Source: Nitrospinales bacterium (GTDB lineage Bacteria > Nitrospinota > Nitrospinia > Nitrospinales > VA-1). Taken from it: a stretch of DNA of 64,000 nt. Position numbers and translations under genes: made by a program. The notes under the pieces are model-generated. The model was given only the letters and a program-made list of their open reading frames with translations. It was not told where the DNA came from and did no database searches. This document shows, piece by piece, positions 33,281 through 43,211 of this stretch. Within the stretch, counting starts at the first letter, position 1, and every line of letters starts with the position of its first letter. The DNA is taken from assembly GCA_965223345.1 (NCBI GenBank), contig CBDCWG010000007.1:288001-352000 (forward strand), written 5' to 3'.

Positions 33281-33565
33281 TCAATCCAGGTCGAAATCGC
33301 GGAGGGGTTTTTCGACGTTGCGATCGACCTTCTTGGCGGATTCCTTGAACTTCTCGGCCAGCAGGCGGTCGCGTTCTTTTTGCGTCTGACTGTGCTTTTT
33401 GAACAGGCTTTGCTGTTCCTTTTTCTGGGCGTCCAGGGTTTTGACCATGTCCGACAGGGACACCTCGGGCTTGGGTTTGTCTTCCTGCCAGATGACCTCC
33501 CCGGTCTTGATATCGACCTTCAGCTTGCTCTCGCAGCAGGGGCATTTGACATCGATGGTGCTCAT
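33281..33565 (-). CDS. Small hypothetical protein (CPCC motif, charged coiled coil)
   Basis: MSTIDVKCPCCESKLKVDIKTGEVI; genome-typical codon use; GAGG RBS. Confidence 0.75.
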   Translation of the reverse strand: MSTIDVKCPCCESKLKVDIKTGEVIWQEDKPKPEVSLSDMVKTLDAQKKEQQSLFKKHSQTQKERDRLLAEKFKESAKKVDRNVEKPLRDFDLD

Positions 33566-33804
33566 GATCGACCCTCGGATTGGTGGAAAACCGCAACCTG
33601 TCGGTTCAATTATAGCAAATTTCCGCCGACGGGCCACGCCCGGTGTTCTCCGGTTGCCGCAGGGCGGTCCGCCAAGAGCCCTTTCCCTGCAAAATACCGC
33701 CCTCCCCGCCCTGCCCTGCCGAAATCGCCTTTTTGGGGTGACTCTTTGGAAATCATCCTGTTATGCTTGGGCCGCACTCATCTCAAGCGCCCAGGAGCCT
33801 CAAA

Positions 33805-34499
33805 ATGCCGGGATTTTTCATCACAGGAACCGACACCGGTGTCGGAAAAAAACGGTGGTCACAGCGGCCCTCGCCTCGCTGTATCTGAAACAGGGCCGGG
33901 ACGTGGGGGTCCTGAAACCCATCGAAACCGGGGTGGACCCGCAATGCAGCTCGGCGGCCAATTCTGACGCCCGCTTCCTCATGGAGATCACCGGCTGTGC
34001 GGACGCGCTGCCGGAGGTCTGCCCGATCCAGCTCAAAACCCCCGCCTCGCCTCTCAGGGCGGCGCAGCTTGAGAACCGGGTTCTGGATCTGGAGCCGGTT
34101 TTCGCGAGCTTTCGGGCTCTGCGCGAGAAACACGAGATCCTTCTGATCGAGGGTGTGGGCGGGCTTTTGGTGCCGATCCGCCACGATTATCTGGTGAGCG
34201 ACCTGGCGCGCGAGCTCGACCTGCCGCTCATCGTGGTGGCGCGCACCTCGGTGGGCACGCTGAACCACACGCTGCTGACGGTCAAGGCGGCGGTGCTGGG
34301 AGGCCTGAAGGTGCACGGGGTGATCCTCAACCGCACGGCGCCGGGCGCAGGCGATGCGGTGGAAAACGCCAACGCGGAGATTCTTTCCAAAATCTCGGGT
34401 GTGCCGGTGCTGGGGGAGTTTCCCCACATCGGGGAGGTTTCGAAGGAGGCGTTCAGCGCGGAGCTGCTGAACGGAATTGCGGGCTGGGTCGATGTGTGA
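33805..34499 (+). pseudogene. bioD: Dethiobiotin synthase, frameshifted as given (A7 run at 33846-33852)
   Basis: Frame from ATG 33805 reads MPGFFITGTDTGVGK and stops at 33888; the rest (KTVVT, LKPIETG, IEGVGGLLVP, GTLNHTLLT) is in the -1 frame. Confidence 0.8.
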
Positions 34500-34540
34500 A
34501 TTCGCGGTTGTCAGGATTTCCGCAGGTTCACGCGTTCAAA

Positions 34541-34840
34541 CTATTTGGCTTCCTCTTCGAAAAAACTGAAACCCTTGCCGGGAACCAGCCGGTCGCCGAA
34601 AGAATCCACTTCTGTGAGTTCATCCACATACATCATGGGCGAATTGGACCGTTCATTCAAGACAGCGTCCTTCAGCTCTTCACGGATGAGATCCATGGCG
34701 GCGTCTTCCGCCTGCGACGGACTTTCGGCCTCAACACAACGGGTGGTCGAAAAACCGAAGTTGCGGATTTTATCCCCTTCATCCGTTTCTTCCTTCATCA
34801 TGAAATTTTCACCGTTGATGATCAGTACAAATTTTCTCAT
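34541..34840 (-). CDS. Small acidic hypothetical protein
   Basis: MRKFVLIINGENF...GFSTTRCVEA...GKGFSFF; lies downstream of the response regulator on the same strand. Confidence 0.7.
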   Translation of the reverse strand: MRKFVLIINGENFMMKEETDEGDKIRNFGFSTTRCVEAESPSQAEDAAMDLIREELKDAVLNERSNSPMMYVDELTEVDSFGDRLVPGKGFSFFEEEAK

Positions 34841-34913
34841 GCCCACTCTGGAAGCGTGTTGCCAGGGATAAAGTCTTCTCACCGGAGAGCGCCCCGCCCT
34901 TTTCTACACAGAT

Positions 34914-35627
34914 CTATTTTTCGTCGGGCTCGGCGTTGAACTGGTAGCCTTTTTCGCGCACGGTCAGGATGTGCCGGGGTTTCTGCGGTTTCTTCTCGAA
35001 GTGTTTCCGCAAGCGGGCCACGAAGTTATCGACGGTGCGGGTTTCGGTTTCGGGGGTGTAGCCCCAGACGGTTTCCAGAAGTTCCTCACGCGTCACCACG
35101 TCGCCCTTTTTGGCCACCAGCAGTTTCATGATCTGGGCCTCCTTGGCGGTCAGGTAGAATTCCCCGTTGCAGCCTTTGGCTTTTCCGGTCTGAAAGTCGA
35201 TCCACATCTCGCCGAAATGCACCACACCCTGGTCGCTCACCGGTTGCTTGTACCATTCCCACCGTCTCAGGATCCCCTTGACGCGCAGCAGCAGCTCCGG
35301 CAGGTGGAAGGGCTTGCCCAGATAATCGTCGGCGCCCATCTCCAACCCGGCGGCGCGGTCGTCGTCGGTGGATTTGGCGGACAGCATGAGGATGGGAAAG
35401 CGGGTGTCGGTTTCGCGGATGTGCTTGGCGACCTCCATGCCGCCCATTTTCGGCAGCATGAGATCGAGGATCACCAGGTCGAATTCCTGGCTCTTGAGCA
35501 GCTCCAGGGCGCTGAGGCCGTCCTCGGCCACCGTGACGCTGTACCCCTCGCGCTCCAGGTTGAATTTGAGACCTTTGGCGAGGTGGCCCTCGTCTTCCAC
35601 GACCAGAATCTTTTTCTTGGTTTCCAT
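34914..35627 (-). CDS. OmpR/PhoB-family response regulator
   Basis: VVEDE, ILDLMLP, GADDYLGKPF, RTVDNFVARLRK, TVREKGY. Confidence 0.95.
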   Translation of the reverse strand: METKKKILVVEDEGHLAKGLKFNLEREGYSVTVAEDGLSALELLKSQEFDLVILDLMLPKMGGMEVAKHIRETDTRFPILMLSAKSTDDDRAAGLEMGADDYLGKPFHLPELLLRVKGILRRWEWYKQPVSDQGVVHFGEMWIDFQTGKAKGCNGEFYLTAKEAQIMKLLVAKKGDVVTREELLETVWGYTPETETRTVDNFVARLRKHFEKKPQKPRHILTVREKGYQFNAEPDEK

Positions 35628-35631
35628 AGGG

Positions 35632-36615
35632 TCAATTCACCGAAACGGCGGCAGGCGCCGATTGCCGGCTGGGCTTTTTCACGGGCAGGGACACGGTGAA
35701 CACCGCCCCCTTGTTCGTGCCTTCGCTGGCGACGCGGATCGTGCCTTTGTGGCTTTTGACGATCTCTTTGGAAATGAACAATCCCAGGCCGGCGCCTTCG
35801 ATATTCTGGGTGTTGGGGTTGGAAACCCGGTAGAACTTTTTAAAGATCTTTTTCACGTCTTTTTTATTCAGGCCGATGCCCTGGTCGATGAAGTCGATCT
35901 CGCAGTTCTTCTTGCCGTTGCGCACGCGGATGGTCAGGCTGGACCCGACCGGGGAATAGCGCAGGGCGTTGCCGATGAGGTTGTTGAACACCATGCGCAT
36001 GGCGCGCTGATCCAGCATGACGGTGACCGGATCGCCGGTTTCCAGGTTCACCGTGCAGCTTCGATCCTCAAACTGGCGCTTCAGGCCCTGGACCACTTCG
36101 GCCAGAAACCCGCCCACTTCCACCGGCTTGAACTCCAGCTGCATGTTCCTGGGTTCGTATTTGCTGGAGGCCAGGATGTTGTCGATCAGGGACGAGAGCC
36201 GTTCCGTGTCGGTGAGCATCGTCTCGACGAAGTCCCTGGATTCCTCCTTGGACACTTTCTGGTACTTCAAGGTTTCCAGGTAAAGCTGAATGGATGCGAG
36301 GGGCGATTTCAACTCGTGGGACACGCTGGATACGAAGTTGCTCTGCAGGCGGTTCAGCTTCGCCTGCTTGTTCCAGTAAACGAATATCATGTAGACCCCG
36401 GCCAGGATCACCAGCATTAAAAAACATCCTTCCAGCAAAATCAACCAATTGACATCGGCGCTGAAGAGGTCCGGGCGCAGTTTCTGCGCGAAATCCTGCA
36501 GGTCCCGGCTGTTTTTCAGGTACCAGTTGATCCAGACCGCCATCAGGATGATCCAGGCGACCTGCACCCCGATGAAGATCATGATCGGATGAAATAAGGC
36601 ACGCAATCGGTTCAT
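35632..36615 (-). CDS. Membrane sensor histidine kinase with very short extracytoplasmic loop
   Basis: Two TM helices; SHELKSPL, NLIGNALRY, DQGIG, GAGLGL. Confidence 0.93.
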   Translation of the reverse strand: MNRLRALFHPIMIFIGVQVAWIILMAVWINWYLKNSRDLQDFAQKLRPDLFSADVNWLILLEGCFLMLVILAGVYMIFVYWNKQAKLNRLQSNFVSSVSHELKSPLASIQLYLETLKYQKVSKEESRDFVETMLTDTERLSSLIDNILASSKYEPRNMQLEFKPVEVGGFLAEVVQGLKRQFEDRSCTVNLETGDPVTVMLDQRAMRMVFNNLIGNALRYSPVGSSLTIRVRNGKKNCEIDFIDQGIGLNKKDVKKIFKKFYRVSNPNTQNIEGAGLGLFISKEIVKSHKGTIRVASEGTNKGAVFTVSLPVKKPSRQSAPAAVSVN

Positions 36616-36692
36616 GCGTCGATTCTCCCTTGTTCTGCCGCCCGATACCCTGAAAAAGCGGGGTTCCGGCCGGCCGCCGCCCCGGGCGGATA

Positions 36693-36735
36693 TTACATAA
36701 GTTTTACATTAGGGGCGTTTATTCAAGGTTAAGAT
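36693..36735 (+). promoter_or_regulatory. OmpR-type direct repeat TTACAT-N5-TTACAT and -10 (TAAGAT) upstream of desaturase
   Basis: Repeats start at 36693 and 36704 (11-bp period); TAAGAT at 36730-36735. Confidence 0.55.
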
Positions 36736-36803
36736 GAAACTGTTCAGAAATACCTGCAATCCGAACCAGAAACCGGTTTGTTTACCAAGGAAAGGGACGA
36801 TTC

Positions 36804-37703
36804 ATGGCAGCCACGGAAACCCAGACCCAACCCCTCTATATCTTCAACAAATCCACAGCGGGTTTCTTCATATTTCTGCATCTGGGGGCTCTGCTGGCTC
36901 TGGCGCCGTTCGCCTTTTCCTGGAGCGCGGTGATCCTGTTCGCCGTCCTGCACTGGATGACGGCTTCGCTGGGCATCTGCCTGGGTTACCACCGTTACCT
37001 GACCCACCGGGGACTGAAACTGCCCAAATGGCTGGCCTATTTTCTGGTCTTCTGCGGCACCCTGGCCTGCGAAAACGGCCCCATCAAATGGGTGGCCCAG
37101 CACCGCATGCACCATGCCGGCTCGGACACGGAGCGGGACCCGCACAGCGCTAAAAAGGGCTTCTGGTGGGCCCATTTCCGCTGGATGCTCTACTCCCACC
37201 GGGAATTCGACGACAACAAGGTCCTGAACACGTATGCAAAGGACATCGCGGACGATAAATTCTATCAGTTTTTGGACGATCATTTCATCAAAATCCAGGT
37301 GGCTTTCGGATTGATTTTATTCGCCATCGGCGGGCTCCCCTGGGTGGTTTGGGGCATTTTCCTGCGCATCGTCATGGTGTACCACAGCACCTGGTTCGTC
37401 AATAGCGCCGCGCATTATTTCGGCTACAAAACCTTCAAGCTGGAAAACGACCTGTCCACCAACTGCTGGTGGGTGGGACTCATCGCTTACGGCGAAGGCT
37501 GGCACAACAACCACCACGCTTATCCCAAATCCGCCCGCCACGGGCTCAGGTTCTGGGAGATCGACCTGACCTGGATGGCCATCTGTGTCTTCCGCGCCCT
37601 GGGCTGGGCCAAAGACATCCAGTACGCCAAGCTGGTGCGTAAGCCGGATAAAAACACCACCGACAACATCCTGGTCGGGCAGATGGTCAAGCAGGCGGCC
37701 TGA
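36804..37703 (+). CDS. Delta-9 type membrane fatty acid desaturase (DesC/Ole1-like)
   Basis: His boxes HRYLTH, HRMHH, HNNHH; FVNSAAH; GEGWHNNHH. Confidence 0.93.
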   Translation: MAATETQTQPLYIFNKSTAGFFIFLHLGALLALAPFAFSWSAVILFAVLHWMTASLGICLGYHRYLTHRGLKLPKWLAYFLVFCGTLACENGPIKWVAQHRMHHAGSDTERDPHSAKKGFWWAHFRWMLYSHREFDDNKVLNTYAKDIADDKFYQFLDDHFIKIQVAFGLILFAIGGLPWVVWGIFLRIVMVYHSTWFVNSAAHYFGYKTFKLENDLSTNCWWVGLIAYGEGWHNNHHAYPKSARHGLRFWEIDLTWMAICVFRALGWAKDIQYAKLVRKPDKNTTDNILVGQMVKQAA

Positions 37704-37733
37704 TCCCGTTTTTCACCGGGTGCGGCGCGGCAC

Positions 37734-38417
37734 TCACCAGTGCACGCGCTTCACGCCGGGCACCTGCGCGATTTCCAGGATCACCGCTTCTTCATCCAGT
37801 CCTTTTTTCAGCTGGACCGCGTATCTGATTTCCACCTCTTCCTTGGAATGATCGACGGTCATCTTCTTTTTCCCGATCTTGAGGCGGAACTTCTCGAAGA
37901 TTTCCCGGATTCCCTCTTTTGACGTCTTCCATTCGGGCGATTCCAGATTGATCGCCAGATCCTTCTGATCCGGAAATGGAATCCATTTTTCCAGGTAGCC
38001 GAATAACACCAGGACCACCAGCGCGCCGAGGGTGGCGCCCACCGCAAGGGCGTAAAACTGTTTGCCGATGATGATGCCGAGCCCCGCCACCAGCCAGATG
38101 CTGCCGGCTGTGGTCAGACCGCGCACCAGATTGCCTTCCTTGATGATGGCGCCGGCGCCGAGAAACCCGATTCCGGTGATGATGCCTGCGGCCAACCGGT
38201 CCGGAGCGAACATCGCGGCTCCCGGGGCGAGCGTCCGCTGCGAAAACTCAGACCCAATGATCAGAATGGTGGCTCCCAGGCAGACCATCATGTGGGTCCG
38301 AAGCCCTGCGGGCCGCCAGCGCATTTCCCGCTCCAGACCGACCAGGCCGCCCAGAATCATCGCCAGCGCAATGCGGAACAGGACGGAAAAATCGAAAAAC
38401 CAGTGTAATGAATCCAT
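37734..38417 (-). CDS. MgtC/SapB family membrane protein
   Basis: GLERE, AGLRTH, GIGFLGAGAI, GLTTA. Confidence 0.92.
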   Translation of the reverse strand: MDSLHWFFDFSVLFRIALAMILGGLVGLEREMRWRPAGLRTHMMVCLGATILIIGSEFSQRTLAPGAAMFAPDRLAAGIITGIGFLGAGAIIKEGNLVRGLTTAGSIWLVAGLGIIIGKQFYALAVGATLGALVVLVLFGYLEKWIPFPDQKDLAINLESPEWKTSKEGIREIFEKFRLKIGKKKMTVDHSKEEVEIRYAVQLKKGLDEEAVILEIAQVPGVKRVHW

Positions 38418-38480
38418 CGTTCACCTGCCGTTTTGAGAATTTCCTTCAAAGCGTGAGGCCGGAAAGTCCGCGGCCCCGCT

Positions 38481-39272
38481 CTAAAACTCGAATTCCAGGT
38501 GGTACCCCGCATACTTGCGCAGGTTGATGACCCTGGCCGGGAAAATGAGGTACTGCCCTTTGATCCCCTGCAGCGTGCCCGCAAGCTCCGGGTCCTTGTC
38601 CAGGTTGTGGCTGGTGATCTTCTGCGGAACCTGCTCGACCGGATAGGAAAACCGCTGCACGCTCTCTCCTTCCAGAGCGTAGGACTTGAGTTCCTCGGGC
38701 ATCCATGCGATCGCCTGCTTGCGGATTTCCTTCAGGTCCACCGGGTCGGTTTCGCCTTTGAGCATCTTGCGCCAGTTGGTTTTATCCGACATGTGCTTGG
38801 CGATCGCCACTTCGATCCGGCCGGCAAGCACGCGTTTGGGAACTTTGGCGATGATGACCGCCTCCACCGCTCCCTGGTCGATCCAGCGCGATGGGATGTT
38901 GAAGTGCCGGGTCACGCCGACCTTGACGCTGGAGGTGAGGGACAGATACACGAAATGGTCCACACCGCAGTAGTTGCGGTAAAACTCCCGGTCCGCCTCG
39001 TTGCCGGTTTCGTGCTGGCAGGTTTCCGGGCGCACGGCGCACATCGCGTTTTCGGGAAGATCGCGGGCGCAGGGGAAACAGTATCCCTGGTTGTAGGTCT
39101 TTTTGATGGAGCGGCCGCATTCGATGCAGGTGATGGTCCCGAGAAATTTCAGGCGCAATTCCTTGCCGACCTGTGCGGTGAGCGGCACCGGTTTTTCATC
39201 CAGGCTCAACGCATACTGAATCGGGTCGGCATTTTCGTGCGTCATTTTTCGCAACTGTCCGGAAACTTTCAT
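38481..39272 (-). CDS. DUF2797 family protein
   Basis: CIECG..KKTYNQGYCFPC, VKVGVTR, RWIDQGA, KTNWRKML, GIKGQYLI. Confidence 0.85.
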   Translation of the reverse strand: MKVSGQLRKMTHENADPIQYALSLDEKPVPLTAQVGKELRLKFLGTITCIECGRSIKKTYNQGYCFPCARDLPENAMCAVRPETCQHETGNEADREFYRNYCGVDHFVYLSLTSSVKVGVTRHFNIPSRWIDQGAVEAVIIAKVPKRVLAGRIEVAIAKHMSDKTNWRKMLKGETDPVDLKEIRKQAIAWMPEELKSYALEGESVQRFSYPVEQVPQKITSHNLDKDPELAGTLQGIKGQYLIFPARVINLRKYAGYHLEFEF

Positions 39273-39381
39273 CGCATGGCTCTGTCGAAATCCTCAGATT
39301 CAGGGGAAGGTTGGCAGATTGAAACGGCTCGGCTGAAGTTTTAAAACCCGCGATACCCCGCTGGTCTGGAAACGCGATCTC

Positions 39382-39522
39382 TCAATAGCGGCTGTTGCGC
39401 ACTCCGCGGGCGGTAAAATGAAACAGCGCCGCGAGGGCGACCATGACGGCGAGCACGATCACAGAAGAATCAAAAACCAGAAACGCAACGAAAAACAAAA
39501 CACCGTAACCCAGGATTTTCAT
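39382..39522 (-). CDS. Possible small membrane protein (46 aa; 54 aa from GTG 39546)
   Basis: Manual translation MKILGYGVLFFVAFLVFDSSVIVLAVMVALAALFHFTARGVRNSRY; below the ORF-track cutoff. Confidence 0.4.
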   Translation of the reverse strand: MKILGYGVLFFVAFLVFDSSVIVLAVMVALAALFHFTARGVRNSRY

Positions 39523-40012
39523 CAATGTCGATCGATGCGTCGTCACCGTGCCCCCGCTCCATTTTTTCGGGTGGTGTTGCGTTCATGAAGATTATAAATC
39601 ATTTCGCCCAGCGCCGCTTGCTGGCTTGCCGCGCGGGAAAACTTGCGCGCGAAAGTATATCGTGAACCTGGCGCGTCCACGGCGAGCCGCCGGTTTTCCT
39701 GCGCTGTCTGTCGAGATGTTCTTTTTGGGCATCGCCTTTCTGCTATCGGCGTGATAATGTTTTAGGAATTAAAAATATCGTCTAAACTAAATTTAAAAAC
39801 CAATCGATAAGATTTTACTGAAAGGTTCGGCTCCATGAAAATGCAAAGCCTTCAAGTGGGTCTCGGTTGGATGGAGTTGTTTTCGGCGGGCAAATAAAAC
39901 ACGAGCTCGTGGCGGCCCCCGCCTGATTTTGAAGCCACTTCAATGCGTGTGAAATGGGGTGATTCCAGCCGCGCCGGCGTGAATTTTACGCCTTTATTTT
40001 CAGGAAGGTTGC

Positions 40013-40240
40013 ATGGAAATACGAGAAAAAGTCGTCCTTTTGGCCGTGTTGCTCATGGTGTTCACCTATATGGTTCTCGTGAAATGGGTCCCCCCGCAAA
40101 ACCACGATCCGGGGATACCTTCCAAGTTCATATCCGAACCGCTTACAGACAAACCCCCTGTCAAAGAGGATGTGTTTTTCCCGCCTCTCCCGAAAAATAC
40201 CGAGAAAGAATCGATCGTTGAAGAAACGGTGACGGAATGA
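40013..40240 (+). CDS. Small protein with N-terminal TM helix and Pro-rich tail
   Basis: 75 aa; GGAAGG upstream of ATG. Confidence 0.55.
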   Translation: MEIREKVVLLAVLLMVFTYMVLVKWVPPQNHDPGIPSKFISEPLTDKPPVKEDVFFPPLPKNTEKESIVEETVTE

Positions 40241-40464
40241 TCATGAAAATTTTTTAATCGTTTCTTTCTTGAGTTCCGATAATTTATACCGTGTTACAGG
40301 TACGTGACACTGCGTTACGATTCTGAAAACATTTCATTTTTTGCTGGTCAGCTTGACAGGCATCTATTAAAATATTATTAAGTAATAAGGGAGGAATGAC
40401 CCGTGCCTGCGCCGGGATTATTTTTTGGCCTGTTACGGGGCTTTCAAGGAGAAAGGGAAAAGTA

Positions 40465-40677
40465 ATGAAAAATCTCAACATCTCCAAGGGCTGGTTTGAC
40501 GAAGAAAAATCGGTTCAAAAGAAAAAGTTCTGTGATCACGAGCAGGCGATCACCATCGACTACGATCACGGAATCGAACATTGCCCTTACTGCGGCGCGT
40601 TGGGACACTACAGCGTGGACAGCGACTCTGTCGAGTGGACCCTGCCTGAGTACCTGAGCAAGCAGAACTACAACTGA
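40465..40677 (+). CDS. Small putative Zn-binding protein
   Basis: CDH...HCPYCG; purine-rich RBS (AAGGAG) upstream of ATG 40465. Confidence 0.65.
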   Translation: MKNLNISKGWFDEEKSVQKKKFCDHEQAITIDYDHGIEHCPYCGALGHYSVDSDSVEWTLPEYLSKQNYN

Positions 40678-40870
40678 CCTTCCCGGAGTTTTATCTGGGA
40701 AGGGCTGTGCCGGGTTCGCGGTGCTGCTGGCGTTGCCGTTCTCTATAGCGTCACCTCTTTATTCAATCCTGCACTCCGTTCGTTCTCTATCTCCATTTCG
40801 AGACAGGTTTTGGCCTGAATGGGTCCGTCGTACGTTATTGTCCGGACCGTTCGGGCTGTTTTTCTTTGTG

Positions 40871-41590
40871 TCAGCCCCCCATGACCTGCACCCAGTCTTC
40901 CAGACGCCGTATCTGTAAATAGGAATTCGTTTCGCGCACTTCACCGAGCGGCGCGTTGGCCTTGCCGCCATAATTGTGGCCGGGATAGAGCACGATCTCA
41001 TCTTTGATACTCGCCAGACGGCGCGTGAGGGTGTGGTACATCTCCCTGCTGTCTCCGCCGGGCAGGTCCACACGGCCGCAGCCCTGAAGAAACAGCGTGT
41101 CCCCGGCGATCAGGCTGTCCTCCACGCGGAAACACTGGGACCCCGGCGTGTGCCCCGGCGTGTGCAGGCAGGTGATTTCGACCGCCCCCACCTTCACGCT
41201 GTCCTCGCTGTCCACTTTTTTCAGATCGGAATCGGAAAGGCCGGTCACCTGCACCACGCCCTCCGCCTCGTGCTTGTTGACGTAAACCGGGACCGGATGC
41301 CTGGCCATCAATTGCGGCAGGCCGGTGATGTCCATGCCGAAAATGTGCCCGCCCACGTGGTCGGGATGATAATGGGTGACGAGAGCGCCGGTGAGCTTCA
41401 TGCCGTCCCGTTCGAGGATGTCGAGCAGGCCGTCCACGTCCCACGCCGGATCGACGACCAGGCATTCTTTGGTTTCGCGGTCGCCGATCAGGTAGATGAA
41501 ATTGGCCATCTGCGCCGCAGAGGGGTCCGAGGCGGCGACGTCGGAGCCGCAGAGCAGCTGCTTGAAATATACCTGATGATTTGCGTTCAA
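40871..41590 (-). CDS. MBL-fold hydrolase, glyoxalase II-like
   Basis: THYHPDH, HTPGHTPGS, GDTLF, GRVDLPGGD, YPGHNY. Confidence 0.9.
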   Translation of the reverse strand: MNANHQVYFKQLLCGSDVAASDPSAAQMANFIYLIGDRETKECLVVDPAWDVDGLLDILERDGMKLTGALVTHYHPDHVGGHIFGMDITGLPQLMARHPVPVYVNKHEAEGVVQVTGLSDSDLKKVDSEDSVKVGAVEITCLHTPGHTPGSQCFRVEDSLIAGDTLFLQGCGRVDLPGGDSREMYHTLTRRLASIKDEIVLYPGHNYGGKANAPLGEVRETNSYLQIRRLEDWVQVMGG

Positions 41591-41609
41591 ATTCGTGTCC
41601 TCCCAACCC

Positions 41610-42431
41610 TCATTCCAGCAGGGTGTTCAATAGTTTGGCCAGCCGGACGCCGGCCTGGCTGAGCCTCAATGCGATGATCTCCTGGCTTTTGTGGACGTAG
41701 CTCTGGCTCAACGCCGTTCCCGGCCCGAAGCGGTAGACGTGATAGAGCACCAGAGCGCGCGATTCCAGCGCCCATTCGGTCACGGAAGCGCCGGCCCAAC
41801 GGGCGCGGACCGCAGGGGCAATCCGCTCGTTCAGATTGCGGCTGTATTGTACCAGATCGCCGGCCGGGATCAGCCCTTCATCCCACAGCGCGTGCAGGTT
41901 GGTCTCCTGCCCTGCCAACTCCAGCGGCACCTCGTTGCCGCCGCGGTCTTCGGCGTAACCCAGATGCAGGGGCTGGTGGATGTCGGCGACGAAATGCACC
42001 AGATACATGAGGGCCTCTTTGCGCGCTGTCCGGCTTTGCGCCGGGTCTTTCAGGATGCGGGAAAACTCGTGGATCTTTTCCAGCACGCAGTGCCCATCCG
42101 GGCAATCCCGTTCGCGCCGGTAATTCCGCGCGCCCTGGGGCAGGTTGAGATAGTGCCAGGTCTGCTGGGAGCGCTGCCGTTTCACCTGGTCCGCCCAATT
42201 TGCGATTTCGGCGAGATCGCGTATGTTAAAATCCCTCTGGTATTTTTTTCGCAGCTCCGGTTGCAGCTGGGCGTCCGCCAGCAGGGCGACGATGCGATGC
42301 CCGTCCGGCCCCCAGGCCCAGGCCGAAAGCGGAGCGATCCACAAGGGCAACAACAACGCTGCGAGAAAAAAGACGCACCCGGTCAGCACGCGGGCTCTTG
42401 TTCTGCGGACTGGCGGATGGAGCGCAGTCAT
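41610..42431 (-). CDS. Secreted S1/P1 nuclease
   Basis: Signal peptide then WGPDGH, WAD, WHY, HFVADIHQPLH, GGN, NLHALWD, AGVRLA. Confidence 0.9.
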   Translation of the reverse strand: MTALHPPVRRTRARVLTGCVFFLAALLLPLWIAPLSAWAWGPDGHRIVALLADAQLQPELRKKYQRDFNIRDLAEIANWADQVKRQRSQQTWHYLNLPQGARNYRRERDCPDGHCVLEKIHEFSRILKDPAQSRTARKEALMYLVHFVADIHQPLHLGYAEDRGGNEVPLELAGQETNLHALWDEGLIPAGDLVQYSRNLNERIAPAVRARWAGASVTEWALESRALVLYHVYRFGPGTALSQSYVHKSQEIIALRLSQAGVRLAKLLNTLLE

Positions 42432-42464
42432 GCTGACCGATCCATATTCAGGGGAAAAACCGCA

Positions 42465-43199
42465 TTGAAAACCCTTCGCCTTCTCATTGACACGGTCCGT
42501 TTCTGGGTTCTGATCGTGCTGCTCTCGTTTCTGCTCGGCATCATCAGCGTGGTGGTGGGCCTGTTCGACTCGACCGGGAATTTTTCCCACCGGGTGGCGA
42601 GTCTGTGGGCGCGCCTGCTGTGCCGCTGGAGCGGCGTGCGCATCGAGGTGACAGGGCTCGAACACGTGCTGCTGGACCGGGCGCAGATCTTCGTGGCCAA
42701 CCACCAGAGCTATTTCGATATCTTCGCGCTGGCGGGCTACCTGCCGGTGCAGATCCGCTGGGTGGCCAAGGCCAGCCTGTTTCGCATTCCGTTTCTCGGC
42801 TGGTCGATGCGCGCGGCGGGCTACATCCCGGTGGAGCGGGACAACCGCAAAAAAGCCTATCAGTCGTTTCTGACCACGGTGGAAAAGATCAAGTCGGGGT
42901 GCTCGGTGGTGGTGTTTCCGGAAGGCACGCGGTCTGCGGACGGCTCGCTGGGGCCGTTCAAAAAAGGCAGTCATCTGCTGGCCGTGCGGTCGAAAGCGCC
43001 GATGCTGCCGGTGACCATCGTCGGCAGCGGCAGGATCATCAAAAAGAAAAGCATGTGGATCCGGCCGGGAACGGTCCGCATCGTCATCTCCAAACCGGTG
43101 ATGCTGGATGAGAACGATGCCGGCGATGGCGAGGCCACCCTCAATGCGATCCGCGAAACCATCCTGCACAACTACAAAGCCATCGAAGCCGCCACCTGA
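42465..43199 (+). CDS. plsC: 1-acyl-sn-glycerol-3-phosphate acyltransferase
   Basis: NHQSYFD, FPEGTRS, FKKG; TTG start inferred. Confidence 0.9.
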   Translation: MKTLRLLIDTVRFWVLIVLLSFLLGIISVVVGLFDSTGNFSHRVASLWARLLCRWSGVRIEVTGLEHVLLDRAQIFVANHQSYFDIFALAGYLPVQIRWVAKASLFRIPFLGWSMRAAGYIPVERDNRKKAYQSFLTTVEKIKSGCSVVVFPEGTRSADGSLGPFKKGSHLLAVRSKAPMLPVTIVGSGRIIKKKSMWIRPGTVRIVISKPVMLDENDAGDGEATLNAIRETILHNYKAIEAAT

Positions 43200-43211
43200 T
43201 GAAATGGCAAC

